A DNA stretch of 64,000 bases from Callorhinchus milii. Taxonomy: Eukaryota. Position 1 is the stretch's first letter; each line of letters opens with the position of its first letter. The stretch covers positions 29,760,001-29,824,000 of the forward strand of contig NW_024704745.1 in NCBI RefSeq assembly GCF_018977255.1. Direction: 5' to 3'. The notes below the pieces were generated by a model. It saw only the letters and a program-made list of their open reading frames with translations. It was not told where the DNA came from and ran no database searches. Positions 48,570 to 59,352 of this stretch are shown here, one piece after another. Both the position numbers and the translations under genes were made by a program.

Positions 48570-50860
48570 CTGCCTCAGCCACTGATAGGTCTTTGTCTCT
48601 ATTCTTTCCCCTCCTCTGCTATCCCCTGCAGACCGCTTGAGATTGCTTCCCAGGTTGGGCAACCTGGCCAACAACACAATGAGTGCCCTACCCACTCTCT
48701 CTCCTCTGTGCTGCCCCCCCGCTGTCTCCATGTCTGCGGACTGACTATGACCACCAATGACCTCATCATTGATGAAAATATCGACATCATGGCCCTCACT
48801 GAAACCTGGATCACCCCAAGCAACATTTTCCACCTGACTGAGGCCACACCACCCGGCTATACCTCCCACCATACTCCACGTACCAATCCTCATGGTGGTG
48901 GTGAGGCTCTCCATCTCCAGGTCCTCACTTGCTCTATCCCCTTACTGCTCTGATTCATATATAAGAGCACCTTATACTCTACCATCTTTCCCTCAAAATT
49001 CTTCTCATTTACCGCACTCCCCAAAACCTCCCCCATCTTGATCTCTGTCATCTGCACCCTCCTAGCTTCCTTCTGCCTCTGTTCTGAACGCTTCCTCATC
49101 CTCGGCGACTTCAACCTTCACTTCACCCCCTCATGCTCTATCTCCTTGGACTTCTCCTCTCTCCTTTCCTCTCACAGCCTCTCCCTCCACATCCACTCTG
49201 CCACCCACATTCATGGCCACCCACTTGACCTGGTGATTATGTGGGGCCTCAGTGTCTCGGATTTCACAATCACAAACAAAGCCATCTCAGATCACCATTT
49301 TATCTCTCATAACTCCGCAATCCCTCTCTCCACCACCACCAAACCCAACTCCATCTCTTACTGTCTCTGGAAAAAAATCTCCCAGCAATCCCGCTCTGCT
49401 GCCCTGGAATCATCTGAATTCCTGCACCAACTTATCCTCCTCGGCACTCTCCTCCACACCTCCTTCTCCACCACTGTTGATGCCCTTGCCCCCCCTCACC
49501 TCCCGAACCGCCTCTTACTCACGAACCTCACCTTGGTACACCAGCCACCTCCCATCCCTCAAGGGTTAGGTATGGGCCACCAAATGGACCTGGCTCAAAT
49601 CTGATCTTATGGTTCACTGGCAGATCTGGTTGGACCACATCAAAAAGTATGGCTCCGCCTTTGCCTCCGCCAAATTGTCCTTCTACTCCAAGATAATCTT
49701 GGAGGCGAAGAACAACCCCTATTATCCACCACCAACCGGCTCCTCTGTCCACCCGCCCATTCCTTGCCCATTCTCTCCTCAAGTTCTGACTGGATTTCCT
49801 GAAGTACAAAATTGAGGGGATCTATTCAGCTCCACCCTCCCAACCGCCACACTCTGACCCCTGCCCATCCCTTCCTCCACATTTTCAAACCTATCTCCCC
49901 CTCCTCCCTCATTACCACCATATACAGTATGAAACATACCACCTGCTCCTTTGACCCCATCCCCACCTCTCTCCTTACCTCCCAGCTGCACCTCCTCGTC
50001 CCTCTACTCTCCGACACCATCAATCTCTCCTTATTATCTGGCACAGTTCCCATCCCCCTAAAATCAGCTATAATCACACCCATCCTGAAAGAACCTTCCC
50101 TGGACCTATCTCTGCTTTCTAACTGCTGGCCCATCTCCAACCTCGCTCTTTTTTCCAAGGTCATTGATAGAGTCGTTGCTTCCCAGGTTTGCTCTTTCCC
50201 CTCCTACCACTCCCTTACCGAGCCCCCCCCAATTGGATTTCCGTGCTACTGCTCTGGTCAAGGTCATAAAGAACACCCTGTCCATTGTGACCAGGGCTCC
50301 CTCTGCCTCCTTGACCTCTCTGCTGCCTTCGACACAGTGGACCACTCCATCCTCCTGCACCACCTCTCCTCTTGCCTCAACCTTCAAAGTTCTGTCCTTG
50401 AATGGATCAGGTCTTATCTATCACACAGTCTCCAATTTGTCTCCACCAACGGTTTCTCTTCCAGCCCCTGCATGGTCTTGTGCGGTGGTCCTCAGGGCTC
50501 TGTCCTCGGTCCCCTCCTCTTCAACCTGTATATGCTCCGATTTAGTGACATCATCCGCAGACATGGGGTCAACTTTGACATGTATGCAGATGACACCCAA
50601 CTCTATCTCTCTGCCTCCACCCTCGATTCCAGGACAACTGACGTTCTAAGAGACTGTCTGTCAGACATTAGATCCTGCATGAGAGAACTTTCTACAGCTG
50701 AATGTCAGTAAGACCGAGGCCCTACTGATTGGCTTGCGCCAGCACCTCCATACCTCAGGTACTGGCAGCATCAGCATCCAAGGATGCGCACTCCACCTCA
50801 CCAAGCCAGTCAGGTACCTGGGCATCTTGTTTGACCCTCAACTGTCCTTTCTCCCCATAT
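48570..50860 (+). mobile_element. L2 LINE internal fragment (APE endonuclease and RT), 3'-truncated and frameshifted
   Basis: IDIMALTETWI, LILGDFN, HGHPLDLV and SDHH (endonuclease); [24 protein letters not shown] and MYADDTQ (RT); ends at [13 protein letters not shown]. Confidence 0.96.
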
Positions 50861-50881
50861 CTATTTTTCTCTCTCTCTCAG

Positions 50882-51423
50882 CTCCAGCCTCTCTGACTCT
50901 GGATCCTGACACAGCCCATCCTCAGCTCATACCTGAGGAGCTGACCAGCATGAGATTTGGAGATGAACAACAGCTGCTCCCTGATACCCTGAAGAGGTTT
51001 TGTAAATCTCTCATTGTCCTGGGATCTGAGGGTTTCACATCAGGGAGACATTACTAGGAGGTGCAGGTGGGCAACAAGACTGGGTGGATTGTGGGAGCGG
51101 CCAGAGAATCTGTCAACAGGAATCACATGGTCATCAGAGAAGGGGTGTGGATTGTGTGGTTGGATCTATAACGCTCTGACCTCAGCTCTCACCCTCCCTC
51201 CTGCCCCTGACAATGAGACCTGGGAAAATCGAGTTTACCTGGACTATGAGGGACAACAGGTGACATTTTATAATGCTGATAACATGTCTCATCTCCATAC
51301 TTTCACTGAGAAACGTTATCCTCTCTTCTGTCCTTCAAATCCTTTTTTCACTCTCCACCATTTGTTGCATAGAACTAGCAAGAAAAACTCAGCTGAGAAC
51401 CGCTGAGAATCTGTCGGTTATAA
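50882..51423 (+). pseudogene. B30.2 (PRY-SPRY) terminal exon pseudogene of a TRIM/butyrophilin-type gene
   Basis: [15 protein letters not shown]...LPDTLKRF...[34 protein letters not shown]...RVYLDYEGQQVTFYNADNMSHLHTFTEKRYPLFCP...EPLRICRL*; TAG at 51055-51057 replaces the W of HYWEV; frameshifts; polypyrimidine tract and AG acceptor at 50863-50881. Confidence 0.93.
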
Positions 51424-51520
51424 CACATTAACAGTGATATGGTTTGACCTCAGTTTCCATATGAATCACTGTCTGTTGTTTAAGGGAATACGGGGTGGGG
51501 GGATTACAGAAGAAGATGCC

Positions 51521-51682
51521 CAGAGAGAGAGAGAGTGAGAGAGAGCGACAGAGAGAGTAAGAGAATGAGACAGAGAGAGACAAAGTGAGAGATAAAGTGA
51601 GAGTGACAGAGTGAGTGAGCTAGAGTGTTGGAGAACCAGTGAAAGAATATGTGAGAGTAGAAAGAGAGATAGTGTGAGGGGA
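51521..51682. repeat. Degenerate (GA)n microsatellite
   Basis: GAGAGAGAGAGAGTGAGAGAGAGCGACAGAGAG... Confidence 0.9.
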
Positions 51683-51702
51683 GAATTTAGAACACCTGGC
51701 TA

Positions 51703-51846
51703 ATCACGGTGATGGGTTTCTGTGTGTGTCAGCCTCCCCGGTGATCACAGTGACAGGTTTCTGTGTGTGTCAGACACCCAGCAGATCATGGTGATGGATT
51801 TCTGTATGTGTCAGACACCCAGCTGATCACGGTGATGGGTTTGCAG
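51703..51846. repeat. 41-bp minisatellite, about 3.5 copies
   Basis: Unit ATCACGGTGATGGGTTTCTGTGTGTGTCAGACACCCAGCTG starting at 51703, 51744, 51785 and 51826 (partial). Confidence 0.95.
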
Positions 51847-51932
51847 TAATAAAAAAAAGTGGGGAGAGTGGGGAATAGAGACAATCCCAATTCTCTTTGC
51901 CAACCCCCCAACCCTCACATTTCCAAAGCCAT

Positions 51933-52075
51933 CCACAGTGCTGTGCGCAATTGGCTGCCATGTTTCTTCCACAATAAACAGTCACTACACTTTACAGCAT
52001 ATTCTGTGAAGGGCATTGAGTCATCTCGAAGACATGATAAGGTGCGATACCAAATGCAAGGATTATTATTATTAC
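51933..52075 (+). mobile_element. SINE 3' fragment
   Basis: TGCTGTGCGCAATTGGCTGCC...AAATGCAAGGATTATTATTATTA. Confidence 0.85.
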
Positions 52076-52337
52076 TCTCCTCTTCATCCCTTCTTCCCTG
52101 TCTCGCCCGCTTTCTCCCTCCCCCATCTCCTCACGCTCTGTCTCTCCCCTCCTCCCTCCTCTCTCTCTCTCCTGTCTCCCCCCTCCTTACTGTCTTTCTC
52201 CCCCATCTCGACTCTCTCCCACATGCACACTGACCTGCTGCAGTAATGAAGTACAAGGACAATGAAACAAGCATTGAAAACAAGGCACTTGTTTACTGTG
52301 TTGTGTTAATCGTATAAGTTTTGACTTATACACAATT

Positions 52338-52475
52338 GTGGAGTCCTGTAGCATAGTGATTAGAGGGCATGCCTTGCAAGTGAGAGGACCCAGGATCAAT
52401 TCCCAGACAGACAAAGTCTCAAAGCTTTTCACAGAATATACTATAAAGTGAATTGACTGTATATTTTGTGGGTGA
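52338..52475. mobile_element. SINE head (plus, 52338-52405) joined to an inverted SINE body fragment (minus, 52415-52475)
   Basis: GTGGAGTCCTGTAGCATAGTGATTAGAG... followed by GTCTCAAAGCTTTTCACAGAATATACTATAAAGTGAATTGACTG. Confidence 0.7.
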
Positions 52476-53734
52476 CATGTCTTGGCTCTATTAGGTCCAT
52501 TAACATTAACTATTCTAAAGGATGTGAAATCCTGCAACACTTTTCTCACAAATTAATAAGAGAAATAGAACATACCGAATAAAAACAGAACCTTCATGAA
52601 GTATGTTGATGCGTAAGGTATGGTTTCTCAGCTCATACATGGAAGACAAGGTACCAAATGTTTCAGAAGGTAATATCCCCTGTATAGTTCCCCTTGACTA
52701 TGAATGATTAACAACCAATGAAACAAGAGTCTTGTTCCATTTCTGACTTCCAAAATGTGCGTGAGGAATTGATTATACGTATGAGACATGCTTGACATGG
52801 TTTGTGAACAAATTCTGCGAATGTTCAGGTGTTTTCTAATGTCAAAATGCAATATGGCAATTTAGTGTCTAATGATGATTCATTATATACAATTCTGTTC
52901 TGTTTGAGAAATGTACATTATATAAATGTAAAAAAGAGAGGTACAATGTGCTAGAACAAACACTTAATTTACTAATATCTGTTTTTCCAATATAATATTA
53001 TTTGTTTTTTGTGTCTTTTGTTCAGACAAAACTGTAGCTATTACTAAATTCTAGTTTATGATCAGTGCACCTATAAGGTTTTCATTCTTCATTCTGAACA
53101 TAATTATGCAGTGTATTTATTGTTCTCAATAATCTGCATCTCAAGAGGTTTCAATAATTTTTTGCAGTAAGCTTTCTCTACAATATAACATATACTGTAA
53201 AATATCCATAATATGCCATGTCTTTAAAAGCTGCTAAACTGTAGCTTTGACTAATGGCACAGTCAATGACTTGGTGACTGGATTAAAAATGGATAGCACA
53301 ATGAGGTTGAAATAGCAGAGGATTTGTAAACTCAAGTGGATTTTGGCTTAGTGGAGGCCAGAGAGGTAAGGAGTTTGACATTCTCCTTGCAAATCCTTGC
53401 AAGGATCAAGAATGGTTACCTACTTAAGTGACATTGCTGGAAGCAGAGATGATTACGAAGCAGAATGCTATAATGGGGTCAACATTGCTGCAGGAAAGGG
53501 TACTTGCCACTCACTCATGTATTTTTTTCTCTCTGTCATTCTTACTGTGAAGCAAGCTTTTCCATTTTACTTGTGTGCTCCTTGTATAAACCAGATATTC
53601 TAAGACACAAAGCATGCAGACTCAGACACTGAAGGTTTCTGAGGTGACATTGTTCCTACATCCTAAATGCATACTGTGTGAAATAGGTTTTAGGCAGAAA
53701 TGGGCCAACAATCTCTAACACCTACATTAAGGCA

Positions 53735-53892
53735 TGTCTCAAAACCTTCTTCTTCAACCAAGCCTGAGGCTACCCTCCCTGCCCTCCACCCTCTCCGATC
53801 CGGATCCCCAGCTCGGCTCCAAATCCCTGACTATTCAGCACCTTGGGATGTCCTCCTGACGGGAAAGGTGATATACAAATATAATTTGTATT
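53735..53892 (+). mobile_element. L2 3' end, degraded
   Basis: GTCTCAAAACCTTCTTCTTC...CAGCACCTTGGGATGTCCTCCTGACGGGAAAGG. Confidence 0.75.
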
Positions 53893-53919
53893 GTATCCCA
53901 CAAGGAAAAATAAACAAAA

Positions 53920-54216
53920 TAATAATTCAGTCACTCAATCCACGACTGTTTGTGGGACACTGCTGTGCGCAATTGGCCCCTGCGTTTTGCCCACAAATAT
54001 ACAGTCAATTCACTTTACAGTACATTCTGTGAAGCACTTTGGGACATCTAAAAGACATGGAAAGTGCTATATCAAATGCAAGGACTATTATCGTTCTGAT
54101 GAAGGATCGTAGACCCGAAATGTTGACTCAATTTCCTTTCTCCATAGATGCTGCCTGGCCTGCTGAGTATTCTCAGTGACTTCTGTTTTCGTTTGCAAGG
54201 ATTATTATTATTATTA
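53920..54216 (+). mobile_element. SINE 3' part with a 102-bp Penelope pseudo-LTR/hammerhead insert in its tail
   Basis: SINE body at 53930-54091; insert at 54092-54193; TGCAAGGA(C/T)TATTAT on both sides. Confidence 0.88.
54093..54129 (+). ncRNA. Minimal type-I hammerhead ribozyme-like motif with both core boxes intact
   Basis: GTT-CTGATGA-A-GGATC-gta-GACCC-GAAA-TGTT-GAC; one mismatch in helix II and CG>TG in helix III. Confidence 0.65.
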
Positions 54217-54789
54217 ATGACTGGGCCAGTGATAGCAATGGGAGATATTGAAGATTAATTCAATATACTGAGAAAACTTAATTGAAAATATAGGATCAAA
54301 ATAAAATGAAACACCGTCCGCAGATCAAGACTTGAATGAATTTAATATCAGCCTCAGACTTCAGGACAAAAGAGTGATTTATAATAGTTCGTTCCTACCC
54401 ATTGATTCAAGTACTATTTTCTCCACAAACGTTATCTGTACATTTAACATTCTCATTTTTAAATGAATGCAAACAGCAAATGCTATTGATTCTATCACAC
54501 TTACCATTGACAAAAATGAGTGCTTTCACATAAGAACATCATTTTTTAAATATGCTTCCAGGATAATTTTTGCTAATATGACCTTGAGTTTATTAAATTA
54601 TGAACTGATTTAATCAGATTGTAATGCAATACAATACAAATTTACATTTACATAGTGCCTTTCACGTGGGGAGGATGTCTACTGTTGTTTTGCTCACATT
54701 AAATTATTCGGTGTTAATTTTGCCTATTTAGTTGTTTGCCTTGATAAAGTGTTAGAACTTCATGACTAGTCTTGATAGTTAAAGTTTAC

Positions 54790-55000
54790 AATACAGGTTC
54801 GGATGATGAACCCCATCTGGAAAGTTAAACATATTTTCACGCAGAGGGTGAATAGAATATGCAAGGCTTTTCAACAAGTGATTACTGAAGTTAAGCCCAT
54901 AATAACATTTGGAACAGGAATAGGCTATTCAACCCTTCGAGCCTGTTCCACCATTCAATTAAATCATGGCTGATCTGTACCTCAACTAATCCTGCCAATT
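54790..55000. mobile_element. CR1 fragments (plus, old) with a minus CR1 3' end at 54910-54990
   Basis: ATTTTCACGCAGAGGGTG; GGAACAGGAATAGGCTATTCAACCCTTCGAGCCTGTTCCACCATTCAATTAAATCATGGCTGATCTG. Confidence 0.7.
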
Positions 55001-58000
55001 TCATAATAACTCAAATAAAATTGGATAATATTTGAACATGAATAAAATGATAGAGAGAAAGAACAGGGATTTGAGCTTAAAGTTGATAGTTCTATCCGAG
55101 GAGATAACCTTCCAGTGTGTACAATGAAATCAGAGATAGATAACTTAATATAAGTGATCAAGTTGCTTGAATTGGCTAACAGAAGCCGAAGCTATAGGTG
55201 CTGGCACAGAACTGATGTAATGCTGAGAAACTCCAGCTGTTCCTGAGCAGATTGGCTGTGGCCACACTGGTGGACCTAATTTGCATTTGATGCCCACAGA
55301 CTTGTGTGTGAGTGCAGTTGTTTGGGATTCAGGGAGGTTTCTGTCACATTCATTGCTCACCAAAGCAATCAAAGTCATCCCGTGTGGCTTATAGTTCATA
55401 CCAGAACACAAAGCAGCACATATTGCATTGTAGAAAAGGAAGGAAAAGAGTCTGATATGTGAGTACACTTAATCAACCCTATTTTTATGTTCAAATTTAA
55501 TATCCCCACTTCTATTTTCTTGTGGGAGAGGAAGCTTTTTATAAAGGGAGGGCACCCCTAGTTTCCCTTTGTGTGTCCTCACTGATTTGTGTGTCTTCAT
55601 TGATCATTTTGATTTAGGAGGTCACATCCCACTGGGTCCCCTCCCTCAGTGAATAGGTCCTTCAGACATTGTCAGACTGCCTGGGCCTGTGCCAACTGTG
55701 CTGATGCACAGAAATATTTCCTTGCCCCCTGGTACCTCTGCAATTTCCACATCAAAGATCCACACTCCACTGCTATATTGGTGCCTCATACATTTTTATA
55801 CAGTTAACAATCTTCTTGAAATCATTGTGAGCTGTGAAATTTCAATTATAGGAACTGAGACACAATTAGTTATTTTGTTCCCTAGTGCTGTGTGTTGCGG
55901 CAAACTGCAGATCTCCTATCACTACCCTGGTTGAAATCAGCCAACTCAGCAGAGCCCAAGGTTTGAATATCTTTCTCTATAGCCTGTCAAACAGAGCAAC
56001 AGTAATATATTAGATGCTGTTTACAGATATTTCTCTCAAGGATAGGATAGATGTGTAGCTCACTGCATAGTGATCTATTTACAGCTCCTGAAAACAAAGT
56101 ACTTTCCACATTAGTGTGCAACACAACCTCATAGTAAATAAGTATGCTTATTGCAAGATCTGAGCAACCTTGAGAATACACAGCACCCTTCCTTTTCTCC
56201 CTCCCTATATAGTAATTTATATTTTTTCCAATAATGATTTTATTTCAGAAGTATGCTGACCATACATATTAAATAATTTGAGTACCGGCTTCTTTGTTCT
56301 ATTATTCATTTTGAGTACCGCCAAGCAAATGGACCTGTTTCTGTAACTTAAGTTTAAGCAAAATTCTTTTGCAGAATTTACTAAATCAAGTAGGCTATTA
56401 TTTACTGATGCAGGTTTATGTTTACACAAATCCTCCATCTGTAACTTACAGCAACATTTATTTTTTGTTATCTATATTTAATACATTATTGTATTCAGTT
56501 TTATTTTCAACAAACAAATAAGGTCCATTGGTAGACTTAAAGGGTCTCTGTGGAGAGATTGGATGAGGAGGATTTGATTTTTATGTCAGTGCGAAAAGGA
56601 CTAATGAAGACGAACATCTGTTTAGGGAAATATCCGGTTACAAATATTAAAGGAAATATTTCCTTTAACAGACATGACTGCAAACTTGACTAATATTTCA
56701 TGATGTAGAAACAGGAACTAATAATTCCTCTCGTTAAACTTGTGTACTACCAGTTTGTTTTAAACATGTCTGACAGACTCATTGAGAATTGTTACATCCC
56801 CCTTTCAATTACTTTCAGCAATAACTTCTGCTTGTTTGAGGTGTCTGAAGCAATAAATGGCTCAAGTACTGATTAGATGCTAAGACTTCAAGCCAAGATA
56901 CTTAATCAAAGAAAATAAGCTATTTGTTATAGGAGATACTCGGCAAAGAAAAGTAGGTTATGATTATTATATTAGGTTACATTGTGGAAATTGACTTTAT
57001 TGAGCTGGAATTTACAGTGGGCAAGTGGTTCTGGTTGATCACAAGCAGCAAGATGTTTCTGTCATTGGTGGAGAGTAATGTTTTTCACTCTGTATGTTTT
57101 ATTTCTGGTTGGTAAGCCTTTGTTTGATTATGTAACATTCCTGGCTGAACTATTATTCTGTTTTCCTCCATTGAAAATTTCTCACCCAAAAGTAAACTGT
57201 GGGTTGGATAGGATTAAGAATTCTCTGCAATAAAAAATCATATAAAAATACTTAATGAGTCTAAGAGTCCTACCCTATAGAGAAAATGAATATTGGGCCC
57301 ACAGTTGCTCATGATTTACTGCTTTAAATGAAGACAGAAGAACATAAGGAATTTGGGAATTAGTAAAATAAATGTCCTGTCTCCCCCACCCAATGGACTC
57401 TTGCAGTCAACTCGTAAAGCGACAGAACTCAACTCCAGTTGAAAATTAAACTCAACTTCAAGTCTCCCCTCCCACTTCTGAAGTATCCTGTAGCACCCCC
57501 AACCCCATATTTTCATTAACATCAGAATGCTGGTGTCCCACTGTATTCATTGCTAACTTCTAGAAGTTGCATGAAGGAAATGTACCTGACAAATAATATT
57601 GAAAGCTGTGTGATGGGAGACAGCTTTACCCACAACTAATTGGAAGATGACATGTTTAGCTGACTCAGATTAGAATTTGGAATCCAATAGACAAGACAGC
57701 ATAAAGTTGTCAGATAGGAATGGAGAAGCCAGCAAAACTGTCACCAAGCTGGAATAGTTGGAGGAATGATTAATGCATCGATTGGGGCTTTGGAAAAGTC
57801 AATGCATAGTAACTTTGGGCAACATCAGCAAAATGTAACTATTGTGGTACAGCCAAGAATGTGAGAAGTAGGATGCAGCTGAGTGCACTCAAAGCATTAA
57901 TGGTCAATGTGCAGAATATGGAAGACACCTTGGAAGAAATTGAACAAACCTAAAGAGCATTGGCAGCAAATGAGGAAGTCACGCAGGTGAGATTGTTAAA

Positions 58001-58209
58001 CTTAATTTTCTTAATTTTCTAGTCAGAAAGTGAATATTAAAGATGGCATACAAAGGTTCTCTCAATGCTTCTTGGCATTTTTCTATGAAACATACTGAAC
58101 AAAGACAAATAAAAGATAGCATATAACTTCACAAGATTCTAACCAAGCTGACTTGAAAGGACTTTTTGTTTGTTTGGTCAGCCATTGACACATATGGAAA
58201 CCCATCACT

Positions 58210-58345
58210 ATGGTTAAGTGTATTCAAACCAGATTGAGTTCCATGTATATCACCTACATATGGATATTTCTGTTTCTGGAAATGGAATGTGCACTCTCTC
58301 CTCAGAGAGATTCACCCAGCTAATGTAATTCTTGAGAAGAGGCAG
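58210..58345 (-). repeat. Unclassified repeat family X, copy 5
   Basis: AAACCAGATTGAGTTCCATGTATATCACCTACATATGGA...ATGGAATGTGCACTCTCTC parallels 25760-25840. Confidence 0.6.
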
Positions 58346-58658
58346 TGGATGCTATGGCAATCACACATTCTCAAAGCTTAAAGTATCCCCCAAAAAACAG
58401 AAAGCAGTTAGAAAGAACAGAACATCATATGTGCCTTTCAGCTCACCCACCTTTTCACCTTATGCTTGGATCAATTTTATCTCCTGCTTGCCCAGCACCA
58501 AATCAATTCAAAATTCACAACCAGATGAATACAATGTGTGTATGTATCTACAGAACACCTATAATGGTAACATTTTTAAGGATAATTATCACTTTGAATT
58601 TGTTACGCAACACTGCTTTTTACTGACCATTCCTACAGATGACCATGAAACTAACCCA

Positions 58659-59352
58659 TAAATACAGAATCAATATGTTCCGTTGAAAGCTGATGTCTAA
58701 TATTTTGTCCTTTATTCTAATATTTCTAATATTCTAATGTCTAATATTTCATCCTTTATTCTCCTCCTGACCTCAGGCCATCAATTCATCCTTTATGTGT
58801 ATTTTAAAAAAAAGCTTTGCTGTTGTCTTGGATTGCAAAACAAGCCTGGAGCAGTTCTGTGAGTGCTGCTTACAGGGTACGAACTGAATGAAGCTATTTT
58901 CTTGTTTTAAAATCACTAAACAGTTTAGGTCTAGAAGCAAGAGCAGTTTCAGAGCAGAAACATAATTTTGGTGCAGCTACGGAATAGTATAATAGTTGCT
59001 CCCAAAGGTTTCTCCATTCTGATCCTGCTCCCATTTACAAAGATCAATGAGTGCAGTTTATAACAGGAGAATGACTTCATTCAGTGTTCAAATGCTGCCT
59101 CCAGAACCAAAAATAATGGCACCAATTGATTGAGGGGAGGCGAGTGTGTGGTTGAGTTGTCATACCAGTTCTAAATGGTTATGAAATACCACAACATTTG
59201 CCCCATATTTTCAATGTAAATCTACCATACAATTTGATGAAAAGTTCTTTGTTGAGAAGTAGCTTACTAAAAATCATGAATGCTTGAAGTTTACCTCATA
59301 TCTCAAAATATTAGACATCAGCTTTCACCAGAACATATTGATTCTGTATTTA
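58659..59352. mobile_element. 694-bp segment bounded by 49-bp terminal inverted repeats (MITE-like)
   Basis: 58659-58707 vs the reverse complement of 59304-59352 match at 47/49; TA at both outer ends; no internal ORF. Confidence 0.65.

Noticed and set aside
49812-50711. 299-aa RT ORF as an active LINE or host gene
   Set aside because: The surrounding L2 is frameshifted and truncated at both ends.
51703-51846. Possible CRISPR array
   Set aside because: The units repeat along their whole length with no unique spacers, the context is eukaryotic and there are no cas genes.
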